NCBI GenBank assembly: GCA_963752595.1
Contig: CAVVYZ010000017.1
Span: 128,001-192,000 of the forward strand
DNA from: an uncultured delta proteobacterium
Lineage (GTDB): Bacteria > Desulfobacterota > Desulfomonilia > UBA1062
DNA: 64,000 nt
Direction of reading: 5' to 3'
Each line of letters starts with the position of its first letter. The first letter of the stretch is position 1. Positions 34,449 to 46,219 of this stretch are shown piece by piece. The notes under the pieces are model-generated. The model ran no database searches. It was not told where the DNA came from and saw only the letters and a list, made by a program, of their open reading frames with translations. A program made the position numbers and the translations under genes.

Positions 34449-36130
34449 CTATCCCTTTTTCTGCTTCATGATCTCCTCTTCCCTGAGCTGACGTTTGAAG
34501 ATCTTCTCCGTCACGGTCAGGGGGAGATTGTCCCTGAATTCCACAGCCTTCGGCACGGCATACGGTGCAAGGTTGTTCCGGCAGTGCTCAATGATGTCCG
34601 CTTCCGTTGTCGTTTCCTTACAGGCGTCCTTCAGGACCACGAATGCCTTGATCCGCTCGCTTCCGTCACGTTCCGGGTCGGGGATTCCGATGGCCACCGC
34701 CGCGGCTACGGAAGCATGCTCGAAGAGCACCGTATCCACAAGGGTGGTATAGACCTTGTTGCCCGAGACATTGACCATGTCCTTGTCGCGGTCCACGAGG
34801 TAAAAATACCCGTCCTCATCCATCCTGCAGAGATCGCCGGTCCTGAGCCAGCCGTCAATGAGACCAGAACCCGGTTCCGGCCAGTACCCCATCATCACCT
34901 GGGGCCCGCGCACATAGAGCTCTCCCACCTCTCCGGGGAGGAGGTCCTCTCCTGTGGTTTCGTCCACGACCCTGGCATCGGTATCCACGACAGGCACCCC
35001 GATAGAGCCGACCTTCTCGAAAGGCATGAAGCCCGTTATCTTTGAAAAGCTGGAAACATTGAAGTGTGTCACCGGGCTGGTCTCGGTGAGACCGTACGCC
35101 TCGGTGATGGGCATGCCGGTCTCCTTCTTGAACTCGACCCTGACCTTCTCGGGAAGGGGTGCAGCACCGGAGGCAAAGGTGGTGTTCGTCCTGCCGATCT
35201 TCTTCTCCACGAGCCTCATGTACTGGGTGGGGACCAGCGGCGCCATGAAGGGACGGTACTTCTTCAGGAAAAAAACTATGGTGTCGGTGTCCCTCGGGTC
35301 GGGCAGCAGGAGCATCTGGAGTCCCCAGTAAACGCAGGCCCGGATAGTCCAGTGGCCATAGGAGTGGAACGTGGGAATCCCGATGAGCATGGATGCCTTG
35401 CCGATGATCCCCTTCTCAGCGGTTTGAGAACCCAGGGGAAAGCCTGGATCGTGTTCGTGACCAGGTTGCAGTGCGTGAGCATCACCCCTTTGGGCACGCC
35501 GGTGGCGCCTCCGGTGAACACCAGCTCGGCAAGGTCTTCCTTCGGGTTCACCGGGACCGCGGTAAGCATGGGATCATGGCCCGCGATCACCTTCCTGAGC
35601 TGAAGAGTCCCCGGCCTCTCTGCCAATGGCTGCTCCTCGGAGGAGAAGTCGCTCACCCTGGTGATGATGATGTGCTCAAGCTTGGTCTTGTCACGTATGG
35701 AGCTTATGAGCTCAAGTGAGTCCTCAAGGCAGATCAGGACCTTGGCACCTGACTCGCCGATCTCGTAGGCGAGTTCCCTGCTCCGGTGCAGCAGGCTGCA
35801 CGGCACATGGACCGCCCCTGCCTTGAGTATGGCATAATCACTGATGATGAACTGGGGCGAAGTCGGCAGGATGGTGGCCACCCTGTCCCCCTTGGAGATG
35901 CCCAGCGCTGCGAGCCCGGCTGCAAGCCTGTCCACCAGGTTCCTGAGCTCTTCCCAGGTATATTTTTTCCCCAGGTACTCGCATGCCGACCTTTTCGCAT
36001 ACCTTGCAGCAGTCCCGTCAAAGACCGTGGAGAGAGACACATCTGGGTATGGCGCCATGGAATCCTCAAGTTTGAACGGTCCGAGCTTGTAGTTCTTGAT
36101 CCAGGGTCTCTTGCTGTTTTCACTCATCAT
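34449..36130 (-). CDS. Long-chain acyl-CoA ligase (AMP-binding), frameshift near 35417
   Basis: FTGGATG.PKG.MLTH.N in ORF 35276-36130; YGLTE, GPQVM.GYW, TGD, VPK..EFR..LP in ORF 34449-35390. Confidence 0.9.
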
Positions 36131-37991
36131 TCATTCTCCCAGTTCATCGATTACGAAATCCAGACCGAGCTCATGGAGCTTCTCCGGGGTGGGTATCCCG
36201 GTCTGCTTGTCCCAGCCCCTGTACCCGTAGTAGGCGTCCAGGAGCGGCTCAAGGTCAACGGTGAGCCCCGCGGCAGGACCGTCGGGCAGTGGATCTTCAA
36301 GCAGTCTCTTTGGCAGGGTGTCATCCTTCCTGCTCAGCCCCTCCCGCACATTGAACGCACGGGCCAGGTTGAAGATCCTCTCGCCAGCCTGCCTGAATCC
36401 TGCAACATCAAGATTCCAGCCCGTTGCGCCGTTGATCACCGGCACGATGTCTTCGGCCATGAGGGCCATGCCCATGAACTTGCAGGCGCCCAGTGCATCG
36501 AAAGTGGTCAGGGCGTCTTCCATATCCTTGACGACCTTGGCCTCCAGGGGATTCTCTTTCGTTACATCCTCGATGGTGTTCTCCTCCACAATGAGGAAGG
36601 GGATGTCCAGGAAGGTGGGACCCTGCACATAGGCCGTGATATGATCGCCGCCCCTGTTGGCGGTGACATACGCCAGGCCCGTGATCTTCGTGGCCCGGCA
36701 GTCATAGGCGGGCAGCTCCATGCCCTTGACGTTCATGGCAAACCGCTCGCTGCCGCCTCCCAGCTGCTTCGCCATATCCTTGTCCCCTCGGCCAGAAGGT
36801 CTCCGACACCTTCCCTGGCGGCTATCCGGCGTACCAGATCGACCATGGTGTCCGTGTCTCCGAACAGGATCTCTTTGCCGCCCGTGTTCTTCTTGTTCAG
36901 GATACCCTTCTCGTAGCACTCCATGGCAAAGGCGATGGTGCTGCCGGCCGAGACCGTGTCGAGCCCGTAGTCGTTGCACAGGATGTGTGCATAGGTAATG
37001 GCCTCGATGTCACTGATATCGCACATGGGGCCGAAGGTGCCGATGCTCTCATATTCCGGGCCTTCTCCCTTTATGGCGTATTTTCCGGTCTTGATGTCCA
37101 CAAGCCTGCCGCAGGCAATGGGGCAGGCATAGCACGCCTTCCTCCCCACCAGGATCTTCTCATTGAGGGACGGAGCGTTGATCTTGTCCGCATAGGTGCA
37201 GACACCGCTCTGCCAGTTGCGCGTGGGAAGGCCTCCCTTGACGTTGACGAGATCGAGCACCATGGAGGTGCCATACACCTCGAGCGTCATCTTCAGGAGG
37301 CTTTCGCTGATGAAGTCGGATGCCACCTTTGCCGCCGCCTCAAATGCATCCTGGTCGAAGATGGGGATCTTCAGCTCACCCTTAACCGCAACGGCCTTGA
37401 GCTTCTTGGAGCCCATGACGGCCCCGAACCCGCCCCGCCCCAGAGCCCGGTGGCGCTCATTCATGATCGTGGCATACTTGACTAGGTTTTCCCCGCCCGT
37501 TCCGATGCAGGCGATGCAGAAGCCCTTGCCGAGCTGCTGCTCAAGTATCGTCGTAGTGTCGAAGACGTTCTTCCCCCAGAGTCCGTCCGCATCCTTGAAG
37601 ACCGTCTTTCCATTTTCAATGATCAGATAGACCGGTTTTTCGGAAACCCCTTCGATAATGATACCGTCATACCCGCTCCTCTTGAGCTCCCTGCCCCACT
37701 TCCCTCCTGAACCCGACTGGCCCCAGAGGCCGGTAAGCGGAGACTTGGTGACGGCATTGTACTTCCCGGAGCTGGGAGAAAGTGTCCCGGTCAGAGGACC
37801 TGACATGAAGATCAGCTTATTGTCGGGTCCGAGCGGCTCTATCCCCGGCTTGAGCTCCTGGTACAGGTACTTGGTGGCAAGGCCGCACCCTCCCAGGAGA
37901 AGGGAGGCATCTCCCCTGGGAAGGGCCTCTTCCGATAACACTTCCTGTTCGTCAGATCGACTCTGAGAATCTTACCCATGAAACCGGACAT
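36131..37991 (-). CDS. Aldehyde:ferredoxin oxidoreductase (W/Mo-bisPT, AOR family), frameshifts near 37940 and 36780
   Basis: MSGFMGKILRVDLT, KSPLTG, GRGG.GAVMGSK.LKA, C.ACPIACG, EYE, GLDT, VKGME, RG.DH, C.F, YY..RGW...GIP. Confidence 0.92.
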
Positions 37992-38017
37992 GTCTCTTTC
38001 CCCCTTGCTGTATAGTG

Positions 38018-38380
38018 TCAGTCGGACCGCATGATGGTTACCATCTTCAAGAGCTTGAGGAGGTTTCCCCTCACTTTGATCCTGCCCTTGAGCACCCCTA
38101 CGATGGGGTTAAGCTCGCCACAGCTATATGCGGCCACGGTGTCGAAATCGGCCCACAGCGCAGCCGAGGGTTTCTCAACAGGGCCGTCCTTCAGCGAGAC
38201 GCTACCCTTTTCAAAGATGATGGTTATAGCCACGCCGGTGCTTTTTCTCGTCGCAACCAGGCTCCCGGAAATTTTGCAGAGCTTCTTCATTCGATCCGGG
38301 TTATTGATGTTCTGCTCCATGATGGGCAGCAGAGTGGCGCCCAGGCCGTTGAGTTCTCCGATGATATGGATCTCATCCAT
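38018..38380 (-). CDS. SCP2 sterol/lipid-carrier domain protein
   Basis: G.LNP...V.KG.IKV.GN...L.K C-terminal SCP2 signature. Confidence 0.75.
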   Translation of the reverse strand: MDEIHIIGELNGLGATLLPIMEQNINNPDRMKKLCKISGSLVATRKSTGVAITIIFEKGSVSLKDGPVEKPSAALWADFDTVAAYSCGELNPIVGVLKGRIKVRGNLLKLLKMVTIMRSD

Positions 38381-38407
38381 GTTCGGCTCCTGATGAACGG
38401 CAAGCCC

Positions 38408-38831
38408 TCACTCGCCGAGGTACTCATTCGGGAAGGAGCTGATGGAATTGGCTACGGCCCTGACGAACTTGGCATTGCGCATAATCTTGCTCATGTCGCC
38501 CTTAAGCTTCAGGGCACCGCGCACGACCATCTCGATGAAGTCCTTCTCGCCTTTTACGACCAGCTTGAAGTCGCCATAAGAGCCCGTTACATAGAAACCG
38601 GGGTCTAAACTGCCCGCGATTATCCATCATTTTGCTTTCAAGGCATTTGCCTTCCTTGGCATCGAGAAAGATATAATGGGTCTTTTCCAGGCCGCTTCCG
38701 GGGCTTACCTCGAATACCAGGCTTCCTTTGAATCCTACACCCCAGTTCTTGCCGGACTCGGCAACCGCAGGATCATTGTTCAATGCATCCTTCCATTTGT
38801 CACACCATTCCTGAGATGGATACAGAGCCAT
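38408..38831 (-). CDS. SCP2 sterol/lipid-carrier domain protein, frameshift near 38617
   Basis: YPS.EW......LN.D......G..W; second frame VTG.Y..FK.VV.G..D....V..G.LKLKGDM..IMR. Confidence 0.8.
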
Positions 38832-38881
38832 GCTACACCTCCTTAATGTCAGTCTGCAGGCACGCTTGCGGCGGGCCTTTT

Positions 38882-40141
38882 CTACAAAGTCTCCAGTTCG
38901 TACCAATACCTGGCGTTCTCCAGGTGCTTCAGTCCAAGACCGCCCATCCAGAGTCCGATCATCTTGCTGTCCCGCCAGTGCTTCTCCACATCGAACTCCC
39001 GGGAATAACCGTAGGATCCCATGTAGTCCATGGCCGTGCTGCATACCTTTTCAACGGCCTGGCTTGCGAATATAGCCAGCCCACGGCTTTTGTGCGCCAT
39101 CTTGTTACTCCATGGGTCTGTACCATAGATTTCAGGATGATCCACCTCGCGGCAGTACATATGAATCCAAGCCGATGTAGCCTCGATGGAGATAGCTATC
39201 TCTGACAGGGCTGCCGCGACCATGCTGTGTTCTTTGAGTGGCTTGCCCGCAATGATGCGCTCGGTGGTCCACCGCTTGATGATTTCATAGATATTCTTCA
39301 TCACGCCCAGGCACATGGATGCCGAGGCCATGTTTCCATAGGTGATCATCTCGGTGAAGTACTTCAGATCGTCTCCCGGCCCGTGAGCGCGATAACTCTT
39401 GGGCACGTGCACATCCTCGAACCATATATCGGTGTTCATATCGGCTGCCATGCCGGCCTTCTGGTAGGGACCTCCCATGGCTACACCGGGTGCATCGGCA
39501 GGCACATAGATGAATGCAAAGTCGTTCAGGTCAGTGGATCCCTTTTTTGTAGTGCACACCACGCCATAAAGATTTGCCACATCTCCCGAATTCGTGGGCC
39601 ATATCTTGTGGCCATTGATCACCCACTCGTCGCCAATCAGCTTGGCTGTGGTCTGGATGGTCTTGCCGCGCATCCTGTCCATATTCTCAATGTCTGCACC
39701 GCTCGACGGCTCGGTCATGGCATTGCAACCGACATAGAGCGTCTCGCCGCAGAATTTGGGTCCGAGAACCTTAATGAGCTCCATGTTGCGATGGGGCTTG
39801 AGTATGATCGGCAGCATGGGCCACAGTGAGCAGAGGACTGCGACCGTGAACCCCGAATCGATGCGCCCGCCCTCTTCGGCGAGGATGCAGACCAGCGTAC
39901 AGGTATCGGGTATGTCGGTCCCTCCCACTTCGGCAGGGAAGAACGCAGCGTTTATCCCTAGGTCAACCAGAACCTCCTTGAGGAGGGGCTTGACAAGCTT
40001 ATGGTCTCTCCAGTCCTCATCGATCTGCTGCCTGATGGGTATGTATTGGTCCTTGCCCCATTCCCGCAGCACCTTGCCGATATCGGTTACAAAGTCCGAG
40101 ACCCATTCCTTCGGCCTGATGAAATCATCTATATTCGCCAT
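38882..40141 (-). CDS. Acyl-CoA dehydrogenase
   Basis: P.E.GG, AMTEP.SGAD, W.ING.K.W.TN, K.G, GSYGY..E..VEK.WRD. Confidence 0.93.
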   Translation of the reverse strand: MANIDDFIRPKEWVSDFVTDIGKVLREWGKDQYIPIRQQIDEDWRDHKLVKPLLKEVLVDLGINAAFFPAEVGGTDIPDTCTLVCILAEEGGRIDSGFTVAVLCSLWPMLPIILKPHRNMELIKVLGPKFCGETLYVGCNAMTEPSSGADIENMDRMRGKTIQTTAKLIGDEWVINGHKIWPTNSGDVANLYGVVCTTKKGSTDLNDFAFIYVPADAPGVAMGGPYQKAGMAADMNTDIWFEDVHVPKSYRAHGPGDDLKYFTEMITYGNMASASMCLGVMKNIYEIIKRWTTERIIAGKPLKEHSMVAAALSEIAISIEATSAWIHMYCREVDHPEIYGTDPWSNKMAHKSRGLAIFASQAVEKVCSTAMDYMGSYGYSREFDVEKHWRDSKMIGLWMGGLGLKHLENARYWYELETL

Positions 40142-40181
40142 ACCTTACGTCTCCTCCTGTCTATGAAATTCGATCTACACC

Positions 40182-40547
40182 TTACAGATTCCAGCCTAAC
40201 GTGGTGCTGAGAAAACCCTTGAGCCGGTCTTCATCTGCCACACCCAGCAGACGGTCCTTTTCTTTGCCTTTTTCGAAGAGCAGGAAGGCGGGACTGCCCT
40301 GAAGATCGAGCTTCTCCTTGAGTGCCGTGTGAGATTCTTCATCCACCAGGCACACCTTCAGATCTATAGGGTAGTCTTGGGCCATCCTTCCGAGCACATC
40401 CCTGATCAGATCCGTCTGGTTGCCGAACTGGTAGTCCCTGCGGATGCACAGCATGAGCACGGGCTTGTCGTCAGAACCGATCTCACGGTCGAACTCGTTG
40501 AACTTGATGAGCTTGATTGGATATTCCCGTTTCCCTCTTCTCTTCAT
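40182..40547 (-). CDS. Thioredoxin-fold protein lacking CxxC
   Basis: F...I...KPVL, VD......L......P...LF..G.E..R..G; no CxxC. Confidence 0.7.
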   Translation of the reverse strand: MKRRGKREYPIKLIKFNEFDREIGSDDKPVLMLCIRRDYQFGNQTDLIRDVLGRMAQDYPIDLKVCLVDEESHTALKEKLDLQGSPAFLLFEKGKEKDRLLGVADEDRLKGFLSTTLGWNL

Positions 40548-40615
40548 ATCACCACACCACGGCAGAATTATGTTCCCGATTCAAAAGCCCCCGAGGGGCG
40601 AATGTTCTCATATAT

Positions 40616-40765
40616 TGAAAATTCCATGCCAAGAGGGACATGGCAGAATATCTTCAGGGATTTAGGTTAGTTGCAAAAGAAGCGAGCGGATATGCACTGG
40701 TAATATACACAATGTTAAACCATTTACATCATAGTGTATCTGATACATAAGGTGTAAAAAATACA
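40616..40765 (-). promoter_or_regulatory. sigma54 promoter and upstream activator sites of the catabolic operon
   Basis: Minus strand TGGCAT-N5-TTTCA (40631-40616); TGT...ACA palindromes at 40713-40728, 40735-40747, 40753-40765. Confidence 0.6.
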
Positions 40766-40789
40766 GCGTAGAGAATCATTGGAGACCTC

Positions 40790-42534
40790 TTACCCCTGCT
40801 TGTGGATGCCATACTCCTGCAGCTTCCGGTAGAGCGTGGGCCTGCTCATAGAGAGCACGCGGGCTGCCTTGGCTATATTCCAGTCGGTCTGCGTGAGGAT
40901 ATCGAGGATAAGCCCTGCCTCGCTGCCGGAATGCTTTTCTTCGGCTCCCCCCTCTGCGCTAGGCCGAGCATGTATGGTGGGAGGTGCTCCGGCAGGATGA
41001 CGCGGTCGTTGCACAGCACGAACGCATGCTCTATGGCATGCTCCAGCTCCCGAACGTTTCCGGGCCAGGGGTAATTGATGAATATTCTCATCACCTCTTC
41101 GGAGATGCCGCTGATGATCTTCTTGAACGAGCCCTCGAACATGGTGCGGAAGTGATCCACGAGCAGGGGGATGTCCTCGATCCTCTCCCGCATGGGCGGC
41201 AGGTTTATCTCGACCACGTTGAGGCGGTAGTACAGGTCTTCCCTGAACTCACCCCTCTTGACCTTTTCCCTCAGGTCACGGTTCGTGCTGGCTATGACCC
41301 TGGCCTCGGTCTTCCGGGTGGCGGAATCCCCCACACGCTCGTAGGTCTTCGCCTCCAGGACCCTCAGGAGCTTGGCCTGGATGCGCGGCGGGATGTCCCC
41401 GATCTCGTCGAGAAGAATGGTGCCGTCCTTTGCCAGCTCGAACCGGCCCTGCTTGTCCTTGATCGCACCGGTAAACGCCCCCCTGATATGCCCGAAGAGC
41501 TCGCTCTCGAGAAGGCTTTCAGCCAAAGCCGCGCAGTTCACCTTTACAAAGGGCTTGATGGATTTTTTTCCTGAATGATGGAGGGCGTTCGCCACAAGCT
41601 CCTTTCCGGTCCCGCTCTCACCGGTTATGAGGACCGTGGTCTCATGATCCGAGAGGGCCTCGACCAGTTTGAAGATGTTCTGCACGTTTCTGCTTTTCCC
41701 GATGATGTTGTGAAACCTGCTTCTGTCTCTCAGCTCTTCCTCAAGATCGTGAAGCCGGGTGATATCCCTGACCACGAGAACGGCGCCCATGAATGCTCCC
41801 TGGTCGTCCGTCAGTGGTGAGCACGAGAGCAGCACGACCTGCCGGGGCCGGTCATGATGCTCGCACTCCATCCTCAGCTCCCGTATAGGTAGTTTATTTT
41901 TCAGGGTCTCCCTGATCACCTTGGAGCAGTTGTGACTGCACTTTGTGAAACAATCGTCAAACGCCCTTCCTGTAATCTTTCTTATGGACATGCCGCTGAT
42001 GCTCTCGATATGCCTGTTCGCATCGATTACGCGCATGTTCTCGTCAACCGTTATGATCGCGTCGTTCACGCTCTGGAAGATCGCCTCCAGGTTCGTGCGG
42101 TATTTCTCCTTCTCTCTCGTTATCTGCTCTTTCTCATCGAGGAGAGCTTTATGGCTGATGGCCATGGAGGCGGCACGAAGCAGGTCGTTTTTCCGGACAG
42201 GCTTTATCAGAAAATCAAAGGCCCCGCGCCTGAGCGCATCGGTGGCATTATCCAGGGTCGGGTTTCCCGTTATCATGACCACCGGATGCTTCAGATACAG
42301 CGACTTAACCTGTTTGAGCAGGTCCAGGCCCGATTCCCCCCCGAGCACGATGTCGATGAAGATGAGGTCTACCTGGGTGTGGAACAGGATCTTCCGGGCG
42401 CTTTTGAGGTCCGATGCAGTGACTACGTCATACCCTTCTTCCTTCAGGAAGTGGGAGAAGGTGAACCTGATGCTTTCCTCATCGTCAACGACGAGGATCT
42501 TCTTTTTGAGTCTCTTTTTCTCAGGCTCTGACAT
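40790..42534 (-). CDS. sigma54-dependent response regulator (REC-PAS-AAA+-Fis HTH), frameshift near 40950
   Basis: ILVVDD, GESGTGKE, GAFTGA, LDEIGD, WPGNVREL; HTH WNIAKAARVL.MSR.TLYRKL in ORF 40790-41014. Confidence 0.93.
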
Positions 42535-42548
42535 GATTTCCCCTTCGT

Positions 42549-45014
42549 TTAACGTGCCGGCAGGTCAATGATAACCTTAGTGAATTCGCCGACTCTGCTA
42601 TCGAACCACAGCCTGCCGCCGTGATTCCTGATGATCCCATGGCTGATATTCAGTCCTAGACCCGTCCCCTCGTTCAGGGGCTTCGTGGTAAAAAACGGAG
42701 AGCCGATCTTGTCGAGGATCTCTTCCGGTATTCCCGTGCCATGATCGCAGACAACGATCCTCATGGCTTTCCCCTTCTTCATCCTCGCTTTCTCGGCGCG
42801 GATCTCGATGATCTTGTTCCGGTGGACTCCCCGGTATTTCTGGTTCAAAGCATAACGGGCATTGCTTATGACATTCAGAAAGACCTGCTGGAGCTGCTGG
42901 CTGTTGCAGTAGAGTTTCGGAAGCAGGCCGTTCACATCGATCTTTAAGGAGATGCCGTCATTCTCGAGCTGCTTGGCGACCAGCCCGAGACAGGAACTGA
43001 GGATCTCATCCAATGAGGTTGATATAAATTCATCATTTCTCACCCTGGCGAAAGAAAGGAGATTGTGGACGATCCCTGCAACACGCTCCCCTTCTTGGAC
43101 AATTCTCTGCAGGATTTCATGGTCTGCAGGCGTTTTCCCTGTCTCCTCCAGAAGTATCTGGGCATAGTTGAGTATCCCGTTGATCGGGTTGTTGATCTCG
43201 TGAGCCACGCCTGCGGCAAGCTCGCCGAGTGATGCAAGCTGGCCGACGCGGACAGCCTCGGCCTCATACGCCTTCTTCTCCGTGGTGTCCCTGATAAGCT
43301 CAAGTATAAGCTCGGGTGAACCATCTTCATACCTGGTCACGATGCTCGTGGTGCTCCAGAAATCCATCTTCTTTTCGCTGCCGGGGATCATGCAGCTGCC
43401 CTCCCGCTCATACGTGCCCCCTTTGTAAAAGCACTGTTCGCCGATGCACGGGTCACAGGGGAGATCACTGCCGTGGATGATCTGATGGCATTTGTTGCTC
43501 ATCAATTCCGGGAAGAGGGAAAGGGCCTTTTCATTGGCCCATACCACCGAGTACGACCTGTCGATGATGATCATATAGTCTGTGACCGATCCCAGGATCG
43601 CAGAAAGCTTCTCTTCGCTCTCCCTGAGCGCTTTTTCGGCACGGACTGCATCCGAGGTGTCGATTCCCACCCCGACCTGATACATTTTACCGTCGATCTG
43701 TGTTCTCACCCCGGTGAAGTAATGAGGGGCCTCTATGCCGTCCTTGCTGACGACGATGGTGTTGGTGAACGCCTTGCCTCTGCTGAAAACTTCATGAATC
43801 TTATCTGCAATATTAGCCTTCTCCCTTTGCGGGAAGAAATCAAGGGCACGAACACTGTCCATCTCATGGGTAGAATAACCACCTACATTCTCCACAGGCT
43901 TATTCCATTTTATGAAACGGCCCGATTTATCGATCATGTAGAAGATGCATGGCAGCGACTTGACGATGACTTCAGAGAAATTCTTCTGCTTCAGCAGATT
44001 TTTTTCCGCTTTTCTCAAATTATCGATGACCTTCTCGAGCCTCTTGTTTGTCCGGTTCAGCTCGTAGGTCCTTTTCTGGACAAGTTCTTCAAGGCGGGTT
44101 TTGTACTTGCGCAGCTCTTTCTCGGCACTCCTTGCATCAGTGACATCGCGGACGATCCCGCGGAACCCTGTCGGGACATTGGATGCATTCATCATGAGAG
44201 ACACCGAAAATTCGACAAGGCGTTTTGTCTTGTCCTTTCTGATTATCTCCCACTCGAAGGCCTTGACAGGTTTGCCTGTCCTGAAAACTCGGTTGTATAT
44301 TGTGAAGATCCTTTTGGTGTAGCTGGGTCCGGCGAACACTTTGTACGGCATGCCCACCATGTCTTTCTTGGAGTACCCTATGATTTTGCAGAACGCATCA
44401 TTGAAGAAAATCACCCTTCCCTGGAGATCCACCTCGTAATACCCGTCCTCGATCTGGTCAAGGATGGTCCTGGACTTCTCTTCAGACTTGAAAAGTGCCT
44501 CTTCCACCTCCTTGTGGGAAGTGAGGTCCTGGAGCGTTTCCACTGCGCCTATGGTAACACCGTCGAGGTCCTTCAGAGGGGAGGCCGTGCAGAAGATCCA
44601 TTTCCCTTTGTCCCCGAGATGGGGGAAAAAGAGTTCTACTGCATAGGCCCCTTCTCTGCGGCTTATCCTGCGGAAGTTCTTACCGTAGTAGGCCTCTATC
44701 TGTTCTCTTGCGGTATTGTCGACTACAAGATCCGCAAGGGTCTTTTTTTTGCGTGAATAAAAAGGCGACCATTGCCTTTTCGTATGGAGAATCTCTACCC
44801 TGTTATACCCGGTAAGTCGTTCGTATGCCTTATTGCAGTGTGTGACGCGATGTTCCCTGTCAATGACAAAGGCTGCGATGGGGATGGATTCGATTATGTT
44901 GGAAAGTTCGTGTTCTTTCTCAAGAAGCAGTCTGATGGTGAGCTGCGTATCGTGCAAGTTATCCTCAAGCCTGCAGATCCTATCCTTCTCCATGCTGATC
45001 GTGGGCCCACCCAT
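42549..45014 (-). CDS. Cytoplasmic multi-PAS sensor histidine kinase
   Basis: Four PAS-like domains, no transmembrane segments, AHEINNP, QVFLN...NA, D.GTGI, PFFTTK, GTGLGL. Confidence 0.93.
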   Translation of the reverse strand: MGGPTISMEKDRICRLEDNLHDTQLTIRLLLEKEHELSNIIESIPIAAFVIDREHRVTHCNKAYERLTGYNRVEILHTKRQWSPFYSRKKKTLADLVVDNTAREQIEAYYGKNFRRISRREGAYAVELFFPHLGDKGKWIFCTASPLKDLDGVTIGAVETLQDLTSHKEVEEALFKSEEKSRTILDQIEDGYYEVDLQGRVIFFNDAFCKIIGYSKKDMVGMPYKVFAGPSYTKRIFTIYNRVFRTGKPVKAFEWEIIRKDKTKRLVEFSVSLMMNASNVPTGFRGIVRDVTDARSAEKELRKYKTRLEELVQKRTYELNRTNKRLEKVIDNLRKAEKNLLKQKNFSEVIVKSLPCIFYMIDKSGRFIKWNKPVENVGGYSTHEMDSVRALDFFPQREKANIADKIHEVFSRGKAFTNTIVVSKDGIEAPHYFTGVRTQIDGKMYQVGVGIDTSDAVRAEKALRESEEKLSAILGSVTDYMIIIDRSYSVVWANEKALSLFPELMSNKCHQIIHGSDLPCDPCIGEQCFYKGGTYEREGSCMIPGSEKKMDFWSTTSIVTRYEDGSPELILELIRDTTEKKAYEAEAVRVGQLASLGELAAGVAHEINNPINGILNYAQILLEETGKTPADHEILQRIVQEGERVAGIVHNLLSFARVRNDEFISTSLDEILSSCLGLVAKQLENDGISLKIDVNGLLPKLYCNSQQLQQVFLNVISNARYALNQKYRGVHRNKIIEIRAEKARMKKGKAMRIVVCDHGTGIPEEILDKIGSPFFTTKPLNEGTGLGLNISHGIIRNHGGRLWFDSRVGEFTKVIIDLPAR

Positions 45015-45402
45015 ACCCACCACCTCCAGGGTTTATTCATACAAGGATCTTCAATCCATAAACAAATCATACAGCATTTTTAGATAAATAACCACTTGTG
45101 CAAGATGCTGATATCAAATTGATTCTTTACGGTCACATAAAGCTGCATTGCTGCCTGGCCGTATTCTTGGGAGAAATAGCCCACCTATAGGGCGTAAATA
45201 TTTTGAGGAGAACCGAGTCTCCTCCCCTTGACAGCAGAATAGGAGACAGATAAACATTCACGATTGTACGAAAACATCTTGGGCAGGGGATGGACAGTCT
45301 CTCATTGATTCAGGGACGATGGCTCCGGAGGAAGCTCGCACATCGACATTGGTCGTGATTAAGAAGCGGGTCGGGCTTACTATAAGCTGTGAAGGAGTTT
45401 AT

Positions 45403-45888
45403 ATGCAGGAGAAGGCATTTCAGGACTATTATCCGGATCATTTCAGCCACTGCTACGGATGCGGCAGGTTGAATGAGCATGGACTGAAGATCAGGAGCTT
45501 CTGGGATGGAGAGGAAACCGTCTGCACCTTCACCCCTGAGCAGCAGCACAGCGCGATACCCGGATTTGTCTACGGAGGGCTGCTCGCATCCTTGATCGAC
45601 TGTCACAGCACCGGCTCCGCCGCGGCTTTCGCCCATCGGGATGAAGGCAGGGAGTTCGGCAGTGAGCCGGCTATCCGTTTCCTCACCGCATCTCTTAACG
45701 TCGATTTTCTCAAGCCTACGCCGCTCGGGGTTCCCCTGACCTTAAGATCTCATGCCAAAGAGATCAAGGGGCGCAAGGTAATAGTTGTTACCGAACTTTC
45801 GGCAGAAGGAAACGTGTGCGTAAAGGGAGAAGTGGTTGCTGTAAGGGTCCCCGAGCATCTTCATGGACAAGCAGAAACGAAATTTTGA
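45403..45888 (+). CDS. PaaI/hotdog-fold acyl-CoA thioesterase
   Basis: CYGCG..N..GL, G..YGG..ASLIDCH, TASL.V.F.KPTP. Confidence 0.88.
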   Translation: MQEKAFQDYYPDHFSHCYGCGRLNEHGLKIRSFWDGEETVCTFTPEQQHSAIPGFVYGGLLASLIDCHSTGSAAAFAHRDEGREFGSEPAIRFLTASLNVDFLKPTPLGVPLTLRSHAKEIKGRKVIVVTELSAEGNVCVKGEVVAVRVPEHLHGQAETKF

Positions 45889-46123
45889 CAAGGAAGCCTC
45901 TTTCTGGGACAACGCGCCCGGCCGGGTCACACTGGCAAACGATGTCGTAATAGTCGTCATGGAAGAGATCAGTTCAATAGCCGAGAGGAATGTATAAAAG
46001 ACTTCCTTTTTTATAAACGTGCTTAAAAAGGCACATCACCTGTACTTTTAGGGGTTGTGTCGAAGGGAATGTGTGTAAAATATGTGCAGACTGCCAGCAA
46101 AGCAAGTCTGGGTCTAATCTGGA

Positions 46124-46149
46124 GGGGGTTCGATTCCCCCCCTCCACCA
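46124..46149 (+). repeat. Displaced tRNA-Ala-like 3' fragment with CCA (attR-like)
   Basis: GGGGGTTCGATTCCCCCCCTCCACCA; first 18 nt identical to 28231-28248; no 5' half of a tRNA upstream. Confidence 0.75.
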
Positions 46150-46219
46150 TTATGGTATTGATCCCAATGAGATAAGACTGGTCAAGGTCCTTTATTCATC
46201 AGCGCAACCGCTCATCGAC

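Noticed and set aside
46050-46149. Complete tRNA or tmRNA gene
   Set aside because: Only the T-arm and 3' acceptor strand are present; no pairing 5' strand, D-arm or tag reading frame was found.
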